64,000 nucleotides of DNA from Felis catus (taxonomy: Eukaryota): NCBI RefSeq assembly GCF_018350175.1, contig NC_058369.1, positions 12,340,001-12,404,000 on the forward strand, read 5' to 3'. The position numbers and the translations under genes are program-made. Under the pieces are notes generated by a model, which ran no database searches, was not told the origin of the DNA, and was given only the letters and a program-made list of their open reading frames with translations. Of the stretch, positions 23,664-53,344 are shown piece after piece (within the stretch, counting starts at the first letter, position 1; each line of letters begins with the position of its first letter).

Positions 23664-24489
23664 TCCCTCTTGGGTTCTGATGGTTAAATGAGATGTGTAT
23701 AATATAAAATATGCAAGTAAAATAACTTGAGAGTTGTAAGTGTAATAAGGCAAACATTTCCATTCCATTTCCCTCAGATAATTATCCTGTACTTCCTTAC
23801 CGTTTTCCATATCTCCAATATAGCCCCTATATGCTACTTAGTTACACATCTACAAATTAAGCCAAGCGTGCTCTGAGGCCTAGGCATCTGTTTCCTGTAC
23901 TTGACTCAAATGAAATGTTCAGTAAATCAGTGAACAAAAGGATTATGAATTAAAAAGATGTGGGCAGTTGTTGTAGCAGAAACTCCTACTCTTCAACTGT
24001 GGCTGAAGGAAATTCTGTAGGTAATGGGTTTCTGAGTTAATATGCGGGGGGGGGGAATGGGCTTTGGAGGCAGACTTCCTGTGTGATAACCCCCTCGAGC
24101 CTCATTTTCATCTGTAAAATAAGGTTAATAAACCTTGTAAGGATTGTGTGGGGAAAATCCACCACTGTGTTAGGCGTGGAGCAGGTCTCACTATTAGCCA
24201 TTATTCCTCAAAAGTACGCTCCATGAGCACAGCTGCTACATGTTCTTGGGTTTTCTGTGTTATTTTGTTCAATAAAGGCATGTCATTAACTGCTGAGCTG
24301 TGTCTCTGGTTTTATTCTACCATGTCATAAATTCACACATCACATGTCCTCATCTTTGGCTCAGGAAAAAAAGTTGCAGTTTACTCAGATGTGAGAATCA
24401 AGTTGGTTCGTTCTTTCTATCTCTTACATGTTTTGTTGCCGGGCACGCTGAAGACAGGGTCACTCAGACCCTCACTGACAAATTAGGAC

Positions 24490-27362
24490 CAGTCATGATT
24501 CCCTGGAGACCATCGTTTATTTTTGGTAAATGCCATCAATGAATATACACACAGTATCAATCCCACAGAAGTCTATAGCATTTAATTCTTGAAAACAGGT
24601 GACCACTGAAAAAAAAAGAATTCACAATTTTCAGTTCCTTTAATAATTTAATGTTCTATCCCCTTAAGGCTGTTAGACCTTAAGTTACCCGGGTCTGGTT
24701 GTATCCCAGCAACAATAAAGGGCCTGTTGCATGATGTATACCAAATACACAGCAAAATTGAGAAATCCCAAGTGCTTCTTCACTTCAACATGTTTGGTTT
24801 CTCTCCTTTGTAATAGGGGTTTGATTTTCCCTATAACGAATGACTTAAAATAAGGTGCTTAAAAAGTCCACACCAAGTCTCAAAATAGTGAACAAACACT
24901 ATTCGAAAATGCCCTCTGAGCCTCAGTTTCCCCTTCTGTAAAATGAAGGAGTTGGGTTCGAGTTAGTGTCGTAGGCAAGACCACACAATGGATGGGTAGA
25001 TTAATTTCCCGCCACAAAGGCCAGCAAGGAAGAGGGAGAGGGGAACAGAGCTGCAAATGGGAATGTGGGAGTGGGCGGGGGTGGTAGGCCAGGGCCAAAG
25101 TGGCTGGAAGACTGGCCTTCAGGAGGTCAGTGTCAGCTCTGAACCTTCAAGTCTCAAAAATATGTCTTTGTCTTTTGATCGGATGATTTGGTCTAATATG
25201 ATTGTCTCATTCGTTCCAGTGTATGTACTTGCTGCAGATTTATGTACAGAATTAAATACCCCATTTATTAATTTATAAACCGTAATAAAACCAGTCCGTT
25301 CCCCTCGCCAGCAGATCTTGCATTGGAAAAGGGAAACAATATACAAATTTTAGCAACATCATAAATTTCATTAAACCTGAAAAGACACACAGTTCATTTT
25401 GGAGTTCAATTATCTGTTCAAGGACTCAGTCATTATAATCATAAAAACAACTACCACAGTATCTTTGTGGTGCAGAATCACCCCCATTTGTTGCTAGTCA
25501 CCAGTGAGAAAAGTTCAGCTACAGACTGTGATGCCTCTGTGAAGACACTCAGCAAACTCTTTTCACAAATGCCCTTCACATTTCCCCTTCCCGTTTTACA
25601 CAGCAACCGTCTCAAAACTTGGGGCCAACCAAAATAATTACAAAGAAAGTGAACGACACGTGAACACACAGGGACCTGAGGCTGGTGGTGCATAAACTCC
25701 GGCCGCGAGGGGACCGGGTGACCTCCAGGAACAGCCCACTCATAAGCTGACAAAAATAACCAAACCGGGAGTCCATCATAAGCTATGGTACTCCCTCAGA
25801 CGGGGAAATGTCTCACCAAGACATAAAGGGTGACCCACTGTCCCACCTGCGGCTTCCTCCGAGTGCCTCTTCAAGAGGTTGGGCACAGCCCCGAAGGAAG
25901 GCAGCCATCACCAGGGACCCCAGCAGCTGAGCCAGCGGTCCCCTCTGCGAGGACAGCATCCTCTTGTGACGCTAGGAAAGATGGAGACCCTGACCTGAAC
26001 CTCGGCACATGGGCTACCTGCTGGGGCCACATCATTTTCCTGATATGTGATTTATCCAAACCCAAATCCTAGCTTGGTGCTCGCCGCTTCTCCCCTTCAC
26101 CAGGACACGGTTCCGATCCTAATGCAGACACCCCACCAGATCAGGTCATGGAATCAAAGTGCTGTGGTCTCATCTATTACACAAACTGTTGAGATGACAT
26201 TCTTGATTCATTCTGCTTTCGGCGGCTGGGGCCATTAGGAGCTTCAGAAACTTCAGCGCTTCCTACTAATGCTGAAATGTATCATGACACGCATCACCAG
26301 AAGGAGTTTTTCTTGTTTTTAAAACATTTAAGAACAAAAGGGTTTTCAATCTATAAGCCAGTCCTCATGCGCCCCACCCCCCATAGGAGACAACGGCATA
26401 AACACAACTGCAAAATATTCCCTAGAAAAATGCAAGATCCTCATCAAGTTAACATCTCCCCACCAAACATCCTACTAAGTCGTCACAGAAGCGAAGACTC
26501 ATCAGAAAAGACAAAACGAATATTACAAAAACAGAGCTTGAAACACAACGTGATTTCCTAATGCTCTGACAGCCCCTCAGCCACTCCCCCTTTGCTGTCC
26601 CCAGCAAGGAGAGATGCCCTGCTCTGGCTAGGAAAGAGAGGGCACAGGAGACAGCAGCTGCCCTTCCCTCTGGATCTGGACATATACTGACTCTGACTTG
26701 CAGGTCAAAGAATTAGGCTCCAAGAATTCAAGGCTAATTGCAGTAGCTTTTCTCTTTGGAAGATCTGCCAGTAACTGCAAACGGCCAAGGGGTTGGCCGG
26801 AACCCGGGTCCATCTTTGTTGCTGGACATGCTTTTAATTAGTACCCCTCTGCTCCATGCCTGCCTCGGCCCTTGGCCTATCTGAGCAGCGGAATTGAAGC
26901 AGCTAGTTTGTCATTCTCCAGCACCATCCTACTGTCCTTTCCTTGGCCCCCAGGAACCGCCTCTTGCCTGCTCGGGGAGGTCTGCATCCACAGTGATCCC
27001 ACCTCTCCGGAGAGTTACCTGGAAATACTATCTGGAAAGCAGAACGAGAACTCTCAAAATACATAACTTGGGGAAGAAGTCCACACAGAAAGGTAAAAAC
27101 CTGGCCAAGATCTCCACAGCAACACAGCCCTCGGATGACAGACTCCAGGAAGAAAGGGCCTGGAACACGGGAGCTTGAGGGCGGTGGCCCTTACTGCAGG
27201 GCAGCGTCCTGCTGCCCCCAAGGGGCTGGGAAGCCCAGGGTCTTCTGATGGTTGTGCATCGTCCCCTTGGCTGGGTTGTACATTCACTGGTTGTCAGAAG
27301 TTTCTGGTACTGCTAGGGAGTGGGGGAAGGAGTCACACAGGTACCACCCTGCCCTCTACACT
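24490..27362 (-). other. SLC35E1: SLC35E1 long 3'UTR; candidate poly(A) signals at 25264-25269 (AATAAA), 24581-24586 (ATTAAA), 24516-24521 (AATAAA)
   Basis: Largely repeat-free sequence after the stop; hexamers read directly; true end uncertain. Confidence 0.55.
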
Positions 27363-44350
<16,988 letters not shown>

Positions 44351-45825
44351 CCTGCCCGAGCGGCCACCTCTTCCCGCCCGTCCGACGGCCAGACGCCGGG
44401 CGGGGGCGGGGCCGGGTGGAGGCGGGCGCGCCGGCCAACGCCGCTCTCCACTGGTCGCCGCTGCGTCGCGTCACCGCCTCGCGCCGGCCGACGCGCCCGC
44501 CACCACGTAGCGGGCGCAGGCCCCGCCCCTCGGGTGGGCTTCCGGCGGCGCTAGGCCTATCCCGGAAGCGGAAGGGGGGGACGCGGACCCTAGCCCGGTC
44601 GCCGCCGGGTTTCCCCGCCGGTGGGTTGGCCCAGGGGACCCGGAGCCAGGTCTCGAAGTGAACGGGCAGGAGCGCAAAGACCCTATCGCGTCAGCGTCTG
44701 TGATCGGGCCATCCAGCCGGGGGTCAAACCTCGATGTCCACGCTACATCGGCTCCTTTCAGCCAGATTCCTCATGGGCAGGAGGCAGTGGCGGCGGACAG
44801 CAAGGGTAAAAGAGCAGGTCTTTACTGAAAAGAAACCAGATTGTGAAAGCTTCCCATAAGCTACATCCTTTTTCTGCAAAAACACGGGAACGGACTCCCG
44901 TGGCCGGACTCCGATAGAGGGGCAAGCCCGGTCTCTGGGAGCTCGTTCTGAGAATCACTGCGACGTGCGCTGCACGGTAGGTATTACCCCATCCCCATTT
45001 CACAGACGGACAGACCGAAGCCCAGAGAGGGGAGGCGACTTGGCTCAGGTCCCCTGGCCCATTCGGGAGCTGTGGCCGTGGTAGTCTACTTGGGCACCTG
45101 TCTCCAGAGCTCTTGCCGGAGGGAGAGGTGCGAGGCCCTGAGCGCTGATGCCCAAGGCCAGGCTAGAACAGCCCCAGACCCTAGCAGAGGAAACAGGATG
45201 GTGTTTTCAGCAGGATGTTCCTATACCGAAAGACTGATGTGTGTTCCAAACATCACATACTGACGAACTTTCCGGGGAGGGGGGGGGGCGGGAAATGGGG
45301 GGTTAAGCTGCCCTTTTACAACGTCCTTACTTGGCAAATTATAAAGTGGCAACCCAATGATTTCCAATATGCGAGAGGGAAATCTCAGCTTAACCGTGTT
45401 CCCCAAAGCAGCCACTATGTTTGTCCTGGGCTTACTGGACACTCAGAAGTGGTCCCTGCAGGTGGGGGCAGGGAGCAGGGACCCATCCTAACGCCCAGAT
45501 CTGAGAAAGGGAGATGCTCATAAGATGCCATCCTGTACCCTAGTATCTTCCAGCTGTGCCTACACATCTGTGACCCTTTGTCACAGAGCAAATCACTTCC
45601 TGGGGAAGTCCACACAGCAGCAAGGCTGGCCCACATTACAGGCCACAGTGGACTTAGAAAGGAACTAGTTTCTCCATAGCAAACAGTTCTCTGACATGGC
45701 TTTTTTTTTTCTTTTTTTTTTTTTTTGTTGCTTAAACTCTGATCATTTAACTTAGTCCTCACAGCTCTGGGGTAAGCACTTTCATCTCCCACATGCGGAG
45801 ACATGCATAGAAGTGAAGTGATTAG

Positions 45826-46032
45826 GGGGCGCCTGGGTGGCTCAGTCGGTTAAGCGTCCGACTTCAGCTCACGATCTCGCAATTCGTGAGTTCGAGTCCC
45901 GCGTCGGGCTCTGTGCCGACAGCTCAGAGCGTGGAGCCTGTTTCGGATTCTGTGTCTCCCTCTCTCTCTGCCCCTCCCCTGCTCACGCTCTAGGTCTCAA
46001 AAATAAATAAACATTAAAAAAAAATTAAAAAA
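45826..46032 (+). mobile_element. CAN-SINE with 17-bp TSD AGAAGTGAAGTGATTAG, inserted in a MIR
   Basis: TSD at 45809-45825 and 46033-46049. Confidence 0.92.
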
Positions 46033-46954
46033 AGAAGTGAAGTGATTAGCATAGAGCCACGCAGCTGATAGGTTGCAGGTCCAGAATTCAACCTGACTGT
46101 CCTCAAAGCCACTTCGCCGATCCACTGGGCGCCCATCCATTTCGCCTTATCTTAGGGTGGGTGTGCCCCGCGCCAAGGCCATGTCATAGATAGATCCCTG
46201 CTGGTTCTGAAATTGTGGTTCTGGGTTGACTCCCAATGCTCCCGGACCCCTTGTTTTGCCCTGTGGGACTGTTCCCCTTCAGGGGAGGCAGCTCCCTCAT
46301 CTGTGAAAAGAAGTAGGTACGTCCAACATGGCCTGTTCTGGAGTAAAAAAAAAAGACCTGAAAACCAAAATCTTAGCTTATGGCTTCAGGGATGAGGGAG
46401 AAGAAGGAAATATTATCACTTTGTAGTCAAGGCAGAAAAGTTACTTTTAAAAATAGCACCAGCCACACACTAAGACAGCCCCAGGCCTTCATGGGGAGCT
46501 AGAAGCCTGGGACCAGAGCCAAGGGTGGCTTTGCCAGACATGGCTCTGGGCCATGCCCTGTAAGAACTACAGCTTTTTGTGGGGTAGAACGAGGTTACGG
46601 AGACCTGGGACATGGAACCTCTGTGGAGGGCTTCCCTGGGGCAGGAAAGGACCGGACAGAGACGGGGTAACATTCCTGCATGTGGACAGTGACCGGCATC
46701 TGTCACCCAATGCTAGTAGGTGACCCCGGAGGCGGGACAGGCAACAAACGGGCCCGAATGAGTGAAAGGCGGGTGGAGGTCAGTCTTCATGCAGAAGGTT
46801 AACAGGCTGACTTCGCCACTCCCGGCCCTGCCGGCCTCCCTGCAGTCTGGCCGTGCAGCCCAAACCTTGGACACGGGGTCCACATCTTCGCAAATGCAGA
46901 AAGGCTGATTTGCCTGTAAGGGACCAAATCAATAACGGTTCTGAGACTGGTTTG

Positions 46955-48020
46955 TGCAAATGGTTTTTTTTTTTTTTATTTCCACATTTATATCACAAGT
47001 TGTCCACTTACTGGACCAAATAGCAAAGTTGCTCCCTTCTGTGTCCTGAGAACACAGAAGTCTAGGTACTGTACATTCACTAAGGCTCCTTGTTTTTGCA
47101 AATCGCGTTTATGACAAATAACCATAAGGCAAACGAATCTAAAGGAATGGTTATGAGTGTTTCCAGCGCACAGACAGGTCTCCTCTTGCCCAACAGTACA
47201 GCTTACACACCAGTAGCACCCGCGATTACTTTTGTCTTTGGGGTGGGGGTGGGGAGGGGGGGAATCTGGAAAGGTGAACTTTTCAAGATATGTGCAGGAA
47301 GGGGAAAACAAAAAGGGAGAAAGAAAGGAAACTTATTTGGCTGATGGTCAGATGGAAAAGGCGGATAAAATAAACTCCTAGAACACTTAAATTTTTGCAG
47401 CATTTTTTTCAAAACCGGGTCTTAACCGAAACCAGATAAAAATGTGTGGATGCCCATGGAGCGCAGGTCATAGCAGCCGGCCAGCTGGCCCGCTGCAGCT
47501 GCCGAACTGGCACCGTAACCGAAGCACTGGCCGGTGGGGGTGCGAACAGAGGCCACGGTGCACGGACACCCACCGCCTCACACACTCAGGGCCAAATTTA
47601 GAAAAAGAAAACGCAAATGGATGAGACGCGTGCTTCTGTCGCTGTGTTTAAAGGTAACCTCTCCCACAGGTTTTCTGTGCCTGCCTGCAACTGAGGTCCC
47701 AGCTTACAGGTGCTGGGAAGTGTCCACACCGCTTCCGGGGTGGGGAACTGACGCTTTTTATAGCTGGTTCGCTATAGAGTTCTGAACTCACTTTGCCGGC
47801 CTTCCTTCCACACGGTCCTTCCTTTGCAATTTTGTTAGTAAACTGGTAGCAGCATTTCACAAAAGAAGGAGAATTTTGAGGGAAGGGCTCGGAGAGACCT
47901 CGAGACTCCCGCCCCCTCCCTCCGCCCCGGGCCGGACTCCCCGGCTTCCCAAGCACTGGGGGCAGCCCGCCCGCCGTGCTGACTGCAAGGTGGGAACGCA
48001 CCGAGAGGCCGCCGGGCCGC
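46955..48020 (-). other. MED26: MED26 3'UTR with poly(A) signal AATAAA at 46975-46980
   Basis: Follows TGA; hexamer read directly; cleavage site approximate. Confidence 0.75.
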
Positions 48021-49673
48021 TCAGTCCAAGCAGACATAAGGCAGAATGTTCAACCGCCCGTCGTCGCCGTGCGGGTCGAGCGATATGCACTGCGTCCAGT
48101 CATACCAGTTACCCTGTGTGTCCTGACACCCGTTCACCCCAGGCCACCGGTGGCCCTGGATTCTGTCCAGATCGTCCTGCGTGACCTCGCGGCTCAGCCC
48201 CGGGCGGTCCGTGGGCGCGCTGTGAGGCACCAGCACGTGCGGCTGCCTGGCCCCGCGCCGGGTGCTCTCCTCCTGCCTCAGGTACTCAGACATGAAGTGG
48301 TGGGCGCCCGGGGTCTGCGCGCCCGACGAGGAGAGCAGGCTGCTCTGCCGGCTCAGGTAGGACTGGATGATCTCGTTGCGCGACAGCTCCTTCCAGTTCG
48401 TCTGTTCGAAAGGGCTCTGGAGGCTGGCCTTGGCCTCGGGCTTGTCCAGCTCTGTCCTGGGCTGCTCTGTGTGCACGGGGCTGTCAGCCCGCACTGGCTC
48501 TTTCTGGGTCAGAGGTTTGATCTGTCTGGTCATGGGGTCAAAGGTGAGCTTCCGCTCTTTTAACCGGACGGGCTTGACGCCCGCCTCGGCCACCTGCCCG
48601 TCCAAGTTCACCGTGTAGTCACGAGGCCGGTACCTCTTCTTCTTTTTGCTGTCCGAGCCGCCAGAGGAGGCAGCGTCGCTGTCCGCCTTGGAGGAGTCTG
48701 GGGAGAAGCCGGCCCGGGGCAGCAGGGGCTCGGCCGGCGGCAGCCCCACTTTGCAGCCCGGCCCCGCCGGCCGCTGGTGGCCCTCGGGCTGCTCCAGCCA
48801 GCGCACCGGGCTCTCCGCACTGGGCAGCAGCTCGAGCCGCCTCACGGGGGGCGTGGACGGCCGGGCCAGCGGAAGCGGCGACGGCACCTGCGTGGCGTCG
48901 AGCGGCTGGGGCCGCGGAGAGGGGCTGGGCGTGGAGCCCTTGGGCGCGTACGGGCTCCGCTGCCGGGCAAAGGAGCCCTCGTGCCGTGAGTTCCGGGGAC
49001 TGAAAGAGCAGCGAGGCGGCCCCTTGGGGTGGGGGGGGCCCGGAGTCTCGTCCACCCGGTCCAGCTGCTGCAGCACCGCGACCTTGGTCTGCAAGCAGGG
49101 CCCGGGCGGCTTGCCGAGGCCCGGGGAGCTGGTGTGCGGCCGCACCGCGTTGACGGGAATCTTGCCGCCGTGCTTGTCGTTCTCGCCGTGCTCCAGGCGG
49201 CCGCCCTCGGGGCCCGCGTGCCCGCTGCCGTCCAGGGGGCCGGGGAAGCTCTCGGGGCTCCCGCCGATCCCGTTGGTGGGGAGGGGGGAGGAGTTGGGTA
49301 CCAGGGAGTCGTGGCTCGCCTTGGAGACCTTGGGAGGTGGCCTGGGGTGGCCGAGGTCACGCTGGTCTCCCCGGCGCTTGCGGCTGCCCAGCCTGTCCAG
49401 CCGATGCCCCCGCAGCCTCTGGAGGTCAATGCGGTTCTTCAGGTCGTGGATGCTCTTGGGCGTGCCGGCCGCCCCCGCCTCCGGCCGGCAGTTGTGAGCA
49501 CCCCCGTTGGCGGAGCCGGCGCCCCCCGCCAGTCCCCGCAGCGCCGCCTCATTCTGGTGCACGGGCTCGATGAGCTTCTGCCAGCTCCGCAGCAGCTTCT
49601 TGGCCCGCTTGGCGAGCTCCTCGTTCTTCGTCTTCTTGCGGACGTCGTTGATGAGCTTCCCAAGTCGAGTTTC
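48021..49673 (-). CDS. MED26: MED26 (Mediator subunit 26) last coding exon, 550 aa plus stop
   Basis: ETRLGKLINDVRKKTKNEELAKRAKKLLRSWQKL (TFIIS-N-like)...WYDWTQCISLDPHGDDGRLNILPYVCLD*; TTGCAG acceptor. Confidence 0.96.
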   Translation of the reverse strand, partial: ETRLGKLINDVRKKTKNEELAKRAKKLLRSWQKLIEPVHQNEAALRGLAGGAGSANGGAHNCRPEAGAAGTPKSIHDLKNRIDLQRLRGHRLDRLGSRKRRGDQRDLGHPRPPPKVSKASHDSLVPNSSPLPTNGIGGSPESFPGPLDGSGHAGPEGGRLEHGENDKHGGKIPVNAVRPHTSSPGLGKPPGPCLQTKVAVLQQLDRVDETPGPPHPKGPPRCSFSPRNSRHEGSFARQRSPYAPKGSTPSPSPRPQPLDATQVPSPLPLARPSTPPVRRLELLPSAESPVRWLEQPEGHQRPAGPGCKVGLPPAEPLLPRAGFSPDSSKADSDAASSGGSDSKKKKRYRPRDYTVNLDGQVAEAGVKPVRLKERKLTFDPMTRQIKPLTQKEPVRADSPVHTEQPRTELDKPEAKASLQSPFEQTNWKELSRNEIIQSYLSRQSSLLSSSGAQTPGAHHFMSEYLRQEESTRRGARQPHVLVPHSAPTDRPGLSREVTQDDLDRIQGHRWPGVNGCQDTQGNWYDWTQCISLDPHGDDGRLNILPYVCLD

Positions 49674-50308
49674 CTGCAACCAGAGAGGGACGACGATGAC
49701 ACGCTTCTGGGACAGGAAGTCCCCGTGAAAAGGGAGCAGAGCCGGAAACCGTGGGAAGGGCCCCCCTGGTCTTTGGACTAACCCCACTGACCCTTCCATC
49801 ACAGAATTCCTGGATACAAAACCCATAGGGATTTGGGGGTCCTCTGTGACATCTACCTTCTCAAATTTAGTCCTCAAGCCTTAGGGCCCCAGGTGGCATC
49901 TCAGAAGCACCATCCCACAGGCTCCCGGCACCTGGAGACTGGGGACCGTCAAGGCCAGTGCAAGAGCACTTTGCCAGGGAAGCTCTCTGGGTGAGAGCGC
50001 TCTATGGCCAGGGCAACAGTGAAAGGAGGGATGGAGCCAGCCCGGCTCACCGGAGACGCCCCCAGGCACGCCTCCCAGCCGGCCCCGCAGCGTGACAGAC
50101 ACCCTGTGCAGGAACGGGCCCCAGCCAGGGAACTAAGGCTACCCAATTCCCACGCTACCCAGAGGAAGACGTGGCTTTTGGCACAGCACAGGTTGGGGGG
50201 GCGGGGGTGCTGCACCCCCGCCACACGGCACTCGCAAGTCCTCAGGTTGGGGAAGCCTGGGCCCGGCCCACCCGGCTCCTCCCAGCGTTGGATGCCGGGG
50301 ACACTCAC

Positions 50309-50383
50309 CTCCAGCGCCTCTTTGGTAATGGGGTATTTCTCCAGGCTGGAGATGACTTCCAGCACCGCCACCATGTTCCGGAT
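50309..50383 (-). CDS. MED26: MED26 exon 2
   Basis: IRNMVAVLEVISSLEKYPITKEALE; TTTTGTAG acceptor, GTGAGT donor; exon 1 not in window. Confidence 0.95.
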
Positions 50384-53344
50384 CTACAAAACAAGAGCCA
50401 CTTGTCAGACGTCTGCCCTTCTCTCTGTCCCAGCCCGCTCTGGCCTCTGCGTCCCCAAGAGCCAGTGGAGTCAGTAACACCAGAGCTTCTCCTCGCCCCA
50501 CGCAGCCTCCTACCTGCTCCTAAGGCCAACAAGGCGCCCAGTGGTCACCCCCATCCACCTCCTCTAGTGCGTGGGGTACAGTTTACCAGAAGCCCATCCA
50601 TGGTCATGCCCACCTGCCCAGGTGCTTGTCACAAAGCTTAGACTTGTGACATGTATGAGCTAGGATCTGCTCTTGCTATGGGAGATGTGCTCAACCCTGC
50701 CACCTCATGGGGGGGGGGGGGGCAGGATGGTGAAGGATTTAGCAAATAAAACACTAAGCTTGAAAGATCCATACCGGCATTCCTCCTTGCAGTGTTCTCA
50801 GCTTTAGTGCACTTCACAGATACTGTGTCTTTCACAAACTGAAGGTGTGCGGCAACCTTGCATCGAGCAAGTCTATTGGGGCCATTTTCTCAAAAGTATC
50901 TGCTCACTTCGTGTCTCTGTGTCACATTTTGGTAATTCTCACATTTCAGACTTTTTCATTATTATTATTATTTGTTATGGTGATCGGTGGCCAGTGATTT
51001 TTAGTATTTATTTATTTTGAGAGAGACAGAGACAGTGTGAGTGGGGGAAGGGCAGAGAGAGAGGGAGAGACAGAATCTCAAGCAGGCTCCAAGCTGCCAG
51101 AGTAGAGCCCGACGTGGGGCTTGAACTCACGAGACCACGAGAGATCATGACCTGAGCTGAAACCAAGAGGCAGACAGACACTTAACCGACTGAGCCCCTC
51201 AGGCGCCCCTGTGATTAGCGATTCTTGATGTTACTGCTGTAGTTGTTCCGGGGTGCCACAAACCACACCACACAAGAGGGCGAACTCCGTGATACTGTGT
51301 GTGTTCCGCCTGCCCCACTGCCCAGCCCTTCCCCATCTCTCTCCTCTCCTTGGGCCTCCCTGTTTCCCGAGACACAGCAGTGTTGAAATCAAGCCAACTG
51401 GCAATCCTACACTGGCCTCTAAGTGTTCAAGTGAGATAAAGAGTAGCATGTCTCTCACTTGAAATCAAAGGCTAGAAATGATTACACTAGAGGGGAAGGC
51501 GTGCCGGAAACTGAGGCAGGCTGGAAGCTGGTAGGCCTCTTGCGTCAGTTAGCCTGGTTGTGAAGGCAAAGAAAAGTTCTTGAAGGAAATTAAGCTGCTT
51601 CTTCGGTGAACAAACATGAGTGATAAGAAAGCAAAACTGTGTTAACTGCTGATGTGGAGAAAGTTTGAGGTCTGGACAGAAGGTCAAACCACCACGACAT
51701 TCCCTTAAGCCGAAGCCTCGTCCGGAACAAGGCCCTAACCCTGTAATTCTACAAAGGCCGAGAGAGGTGAGGAAGCTCTCACGTTGGAGGCTAGCAGACA
51801 CACGTCGGGTCACAAGGTTCCAGGAAAGACGCCATCGCCCCTGACGCGGCAGCGCAAGGCGAAGCAGCAGGTGCAGACGCAGAAGCTGCAGCAAGTGATC
51901 CAGAAGGTTCTAGCCGAGATCATTCACGAAGGTGGTTGCAGTCTAAACAAGACTTTTTTTTTCTCTAAAAATTTTTGGAAGTGTATTTATTTTGAGCACG
52001 AGTGGGGGAGGGTCAGGGAGAGAGAGAATCAGAAGCAGGCTCCATAACTAACTGAGCTAAATTACCCATGTAGGCGCCCCTAAGCAACAGATTTTCAGCG
52101 GAGGCCAAACAGCCTTCTATCGGAAGAGGATGCCATCCAGGACTTTCAGAGCTAGAGACGAGAAGTCAATGCCTACCTTCAAAGGACAGGCTGACTCCTA
52201 CTGGGGGCTAATTCAGCTGGTGACTAAGCTGAAGCCTGGGCCGATTTACCACTTGGAAAATCTTAGGGCCCTTCAGAGTAATCGGCGCTGCCTGTGCTCT
52301 AGAAATGGAACAACAAAGCCTGGAGGACAGCACATCTGTTTACAACATGGTTTACAGACTCTTTTAAGCCCACTGTTGATGCTTACTGCTCAAAAAAAAA
52401 AAGGATTCCTTTAAAAATATGACTGATCAAAAAAAAATTAAAAAAATAAAAATAAATATGACTGCTCACTGACAACACACCCAGTCACACACAAACTCTG
52501 ACAGGGATGTGCAAGAGATTCACGTGGTTTCCATGCCTGCTGACATAACATTCATTCTGTGGCCCATGGATTAAGGGGTAATTTCAACTTTCAAGTCTTA
52601 TTAAGAAATACATTTCGTAAGGCTGCTGGATCTGGGCAAAGTAAACTGAAAGCCTTCCAAAAGGGTTCACCATTCTACATGCCATTAAGGGTATCTGTGA
52701 TTCATGGGAAGAGGTCAAAACATCAACGTGACCAGGAGTTCGGAAGAAGTGGATCCCAGCCCTCACGGATGACTTTGAGGGTTCAAGACTTCATTGGAGG
52801 CAGCGACTGCAGGTGTGGTGGGAAGAGCAAGAGAACTAGAATCCGAAGCGGAGCCTGAAGACAATAGGCCTGCAGTGCTCCGATCTCGTGACAAAACTTG
52901 AACGGAAGAGGAGCTGCTTCTAACGGACGAGGAAAGCAGGCTTCTTGAGCTGCAGTCTGCTCCTGGTGAAGATGCCGTGAAGACGGTTGGAACGACGACA
53001 CAGGGTTCAGAACGTCACAGAGGCAGAGTGGAGGGGGCGGCAGCAGCGGGATCTGAGGGGACGGACTCCGATTCCGAGAGAAGTCCCACCGTGGGTGAAA
53101 TGCCACCAAACAGCACCGCGTGCTGCAGAGAAGTCGCTCGTGAAAGGAGGGCTCCTTCGACTCAGCGAACCTTACTACTGTCTTATTTAAGACCTTGCCA
53201 CAGCCACCCCAGCCGTGAGCGACCGCCACCCCGATCAGTCAGCAGCCGTCACGTGGAGGCAGGACCCTCCACCAGCAAAAAGATTACGACTCGCAGAAGG
53301 CTCAAATGATGGTTAGCATTTTTTTTTTAGCAATAAAGTATTTT

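Noticed and set aside
48646..49781. Long + strand ORFs (283 aa, 250 aa) and the 195-aa alternative-frame ORF over MED26
   Set aside because: Shadow ORFs of a GC-rich coding exon; no independent gene signals
49674..49877. N-terminal extension of the 618-aa ORF upstream of the MED26 last exon
   Set aside because: Intron 2 sequence; the true acceptor is at 49673 and exon 2 supplies the frame
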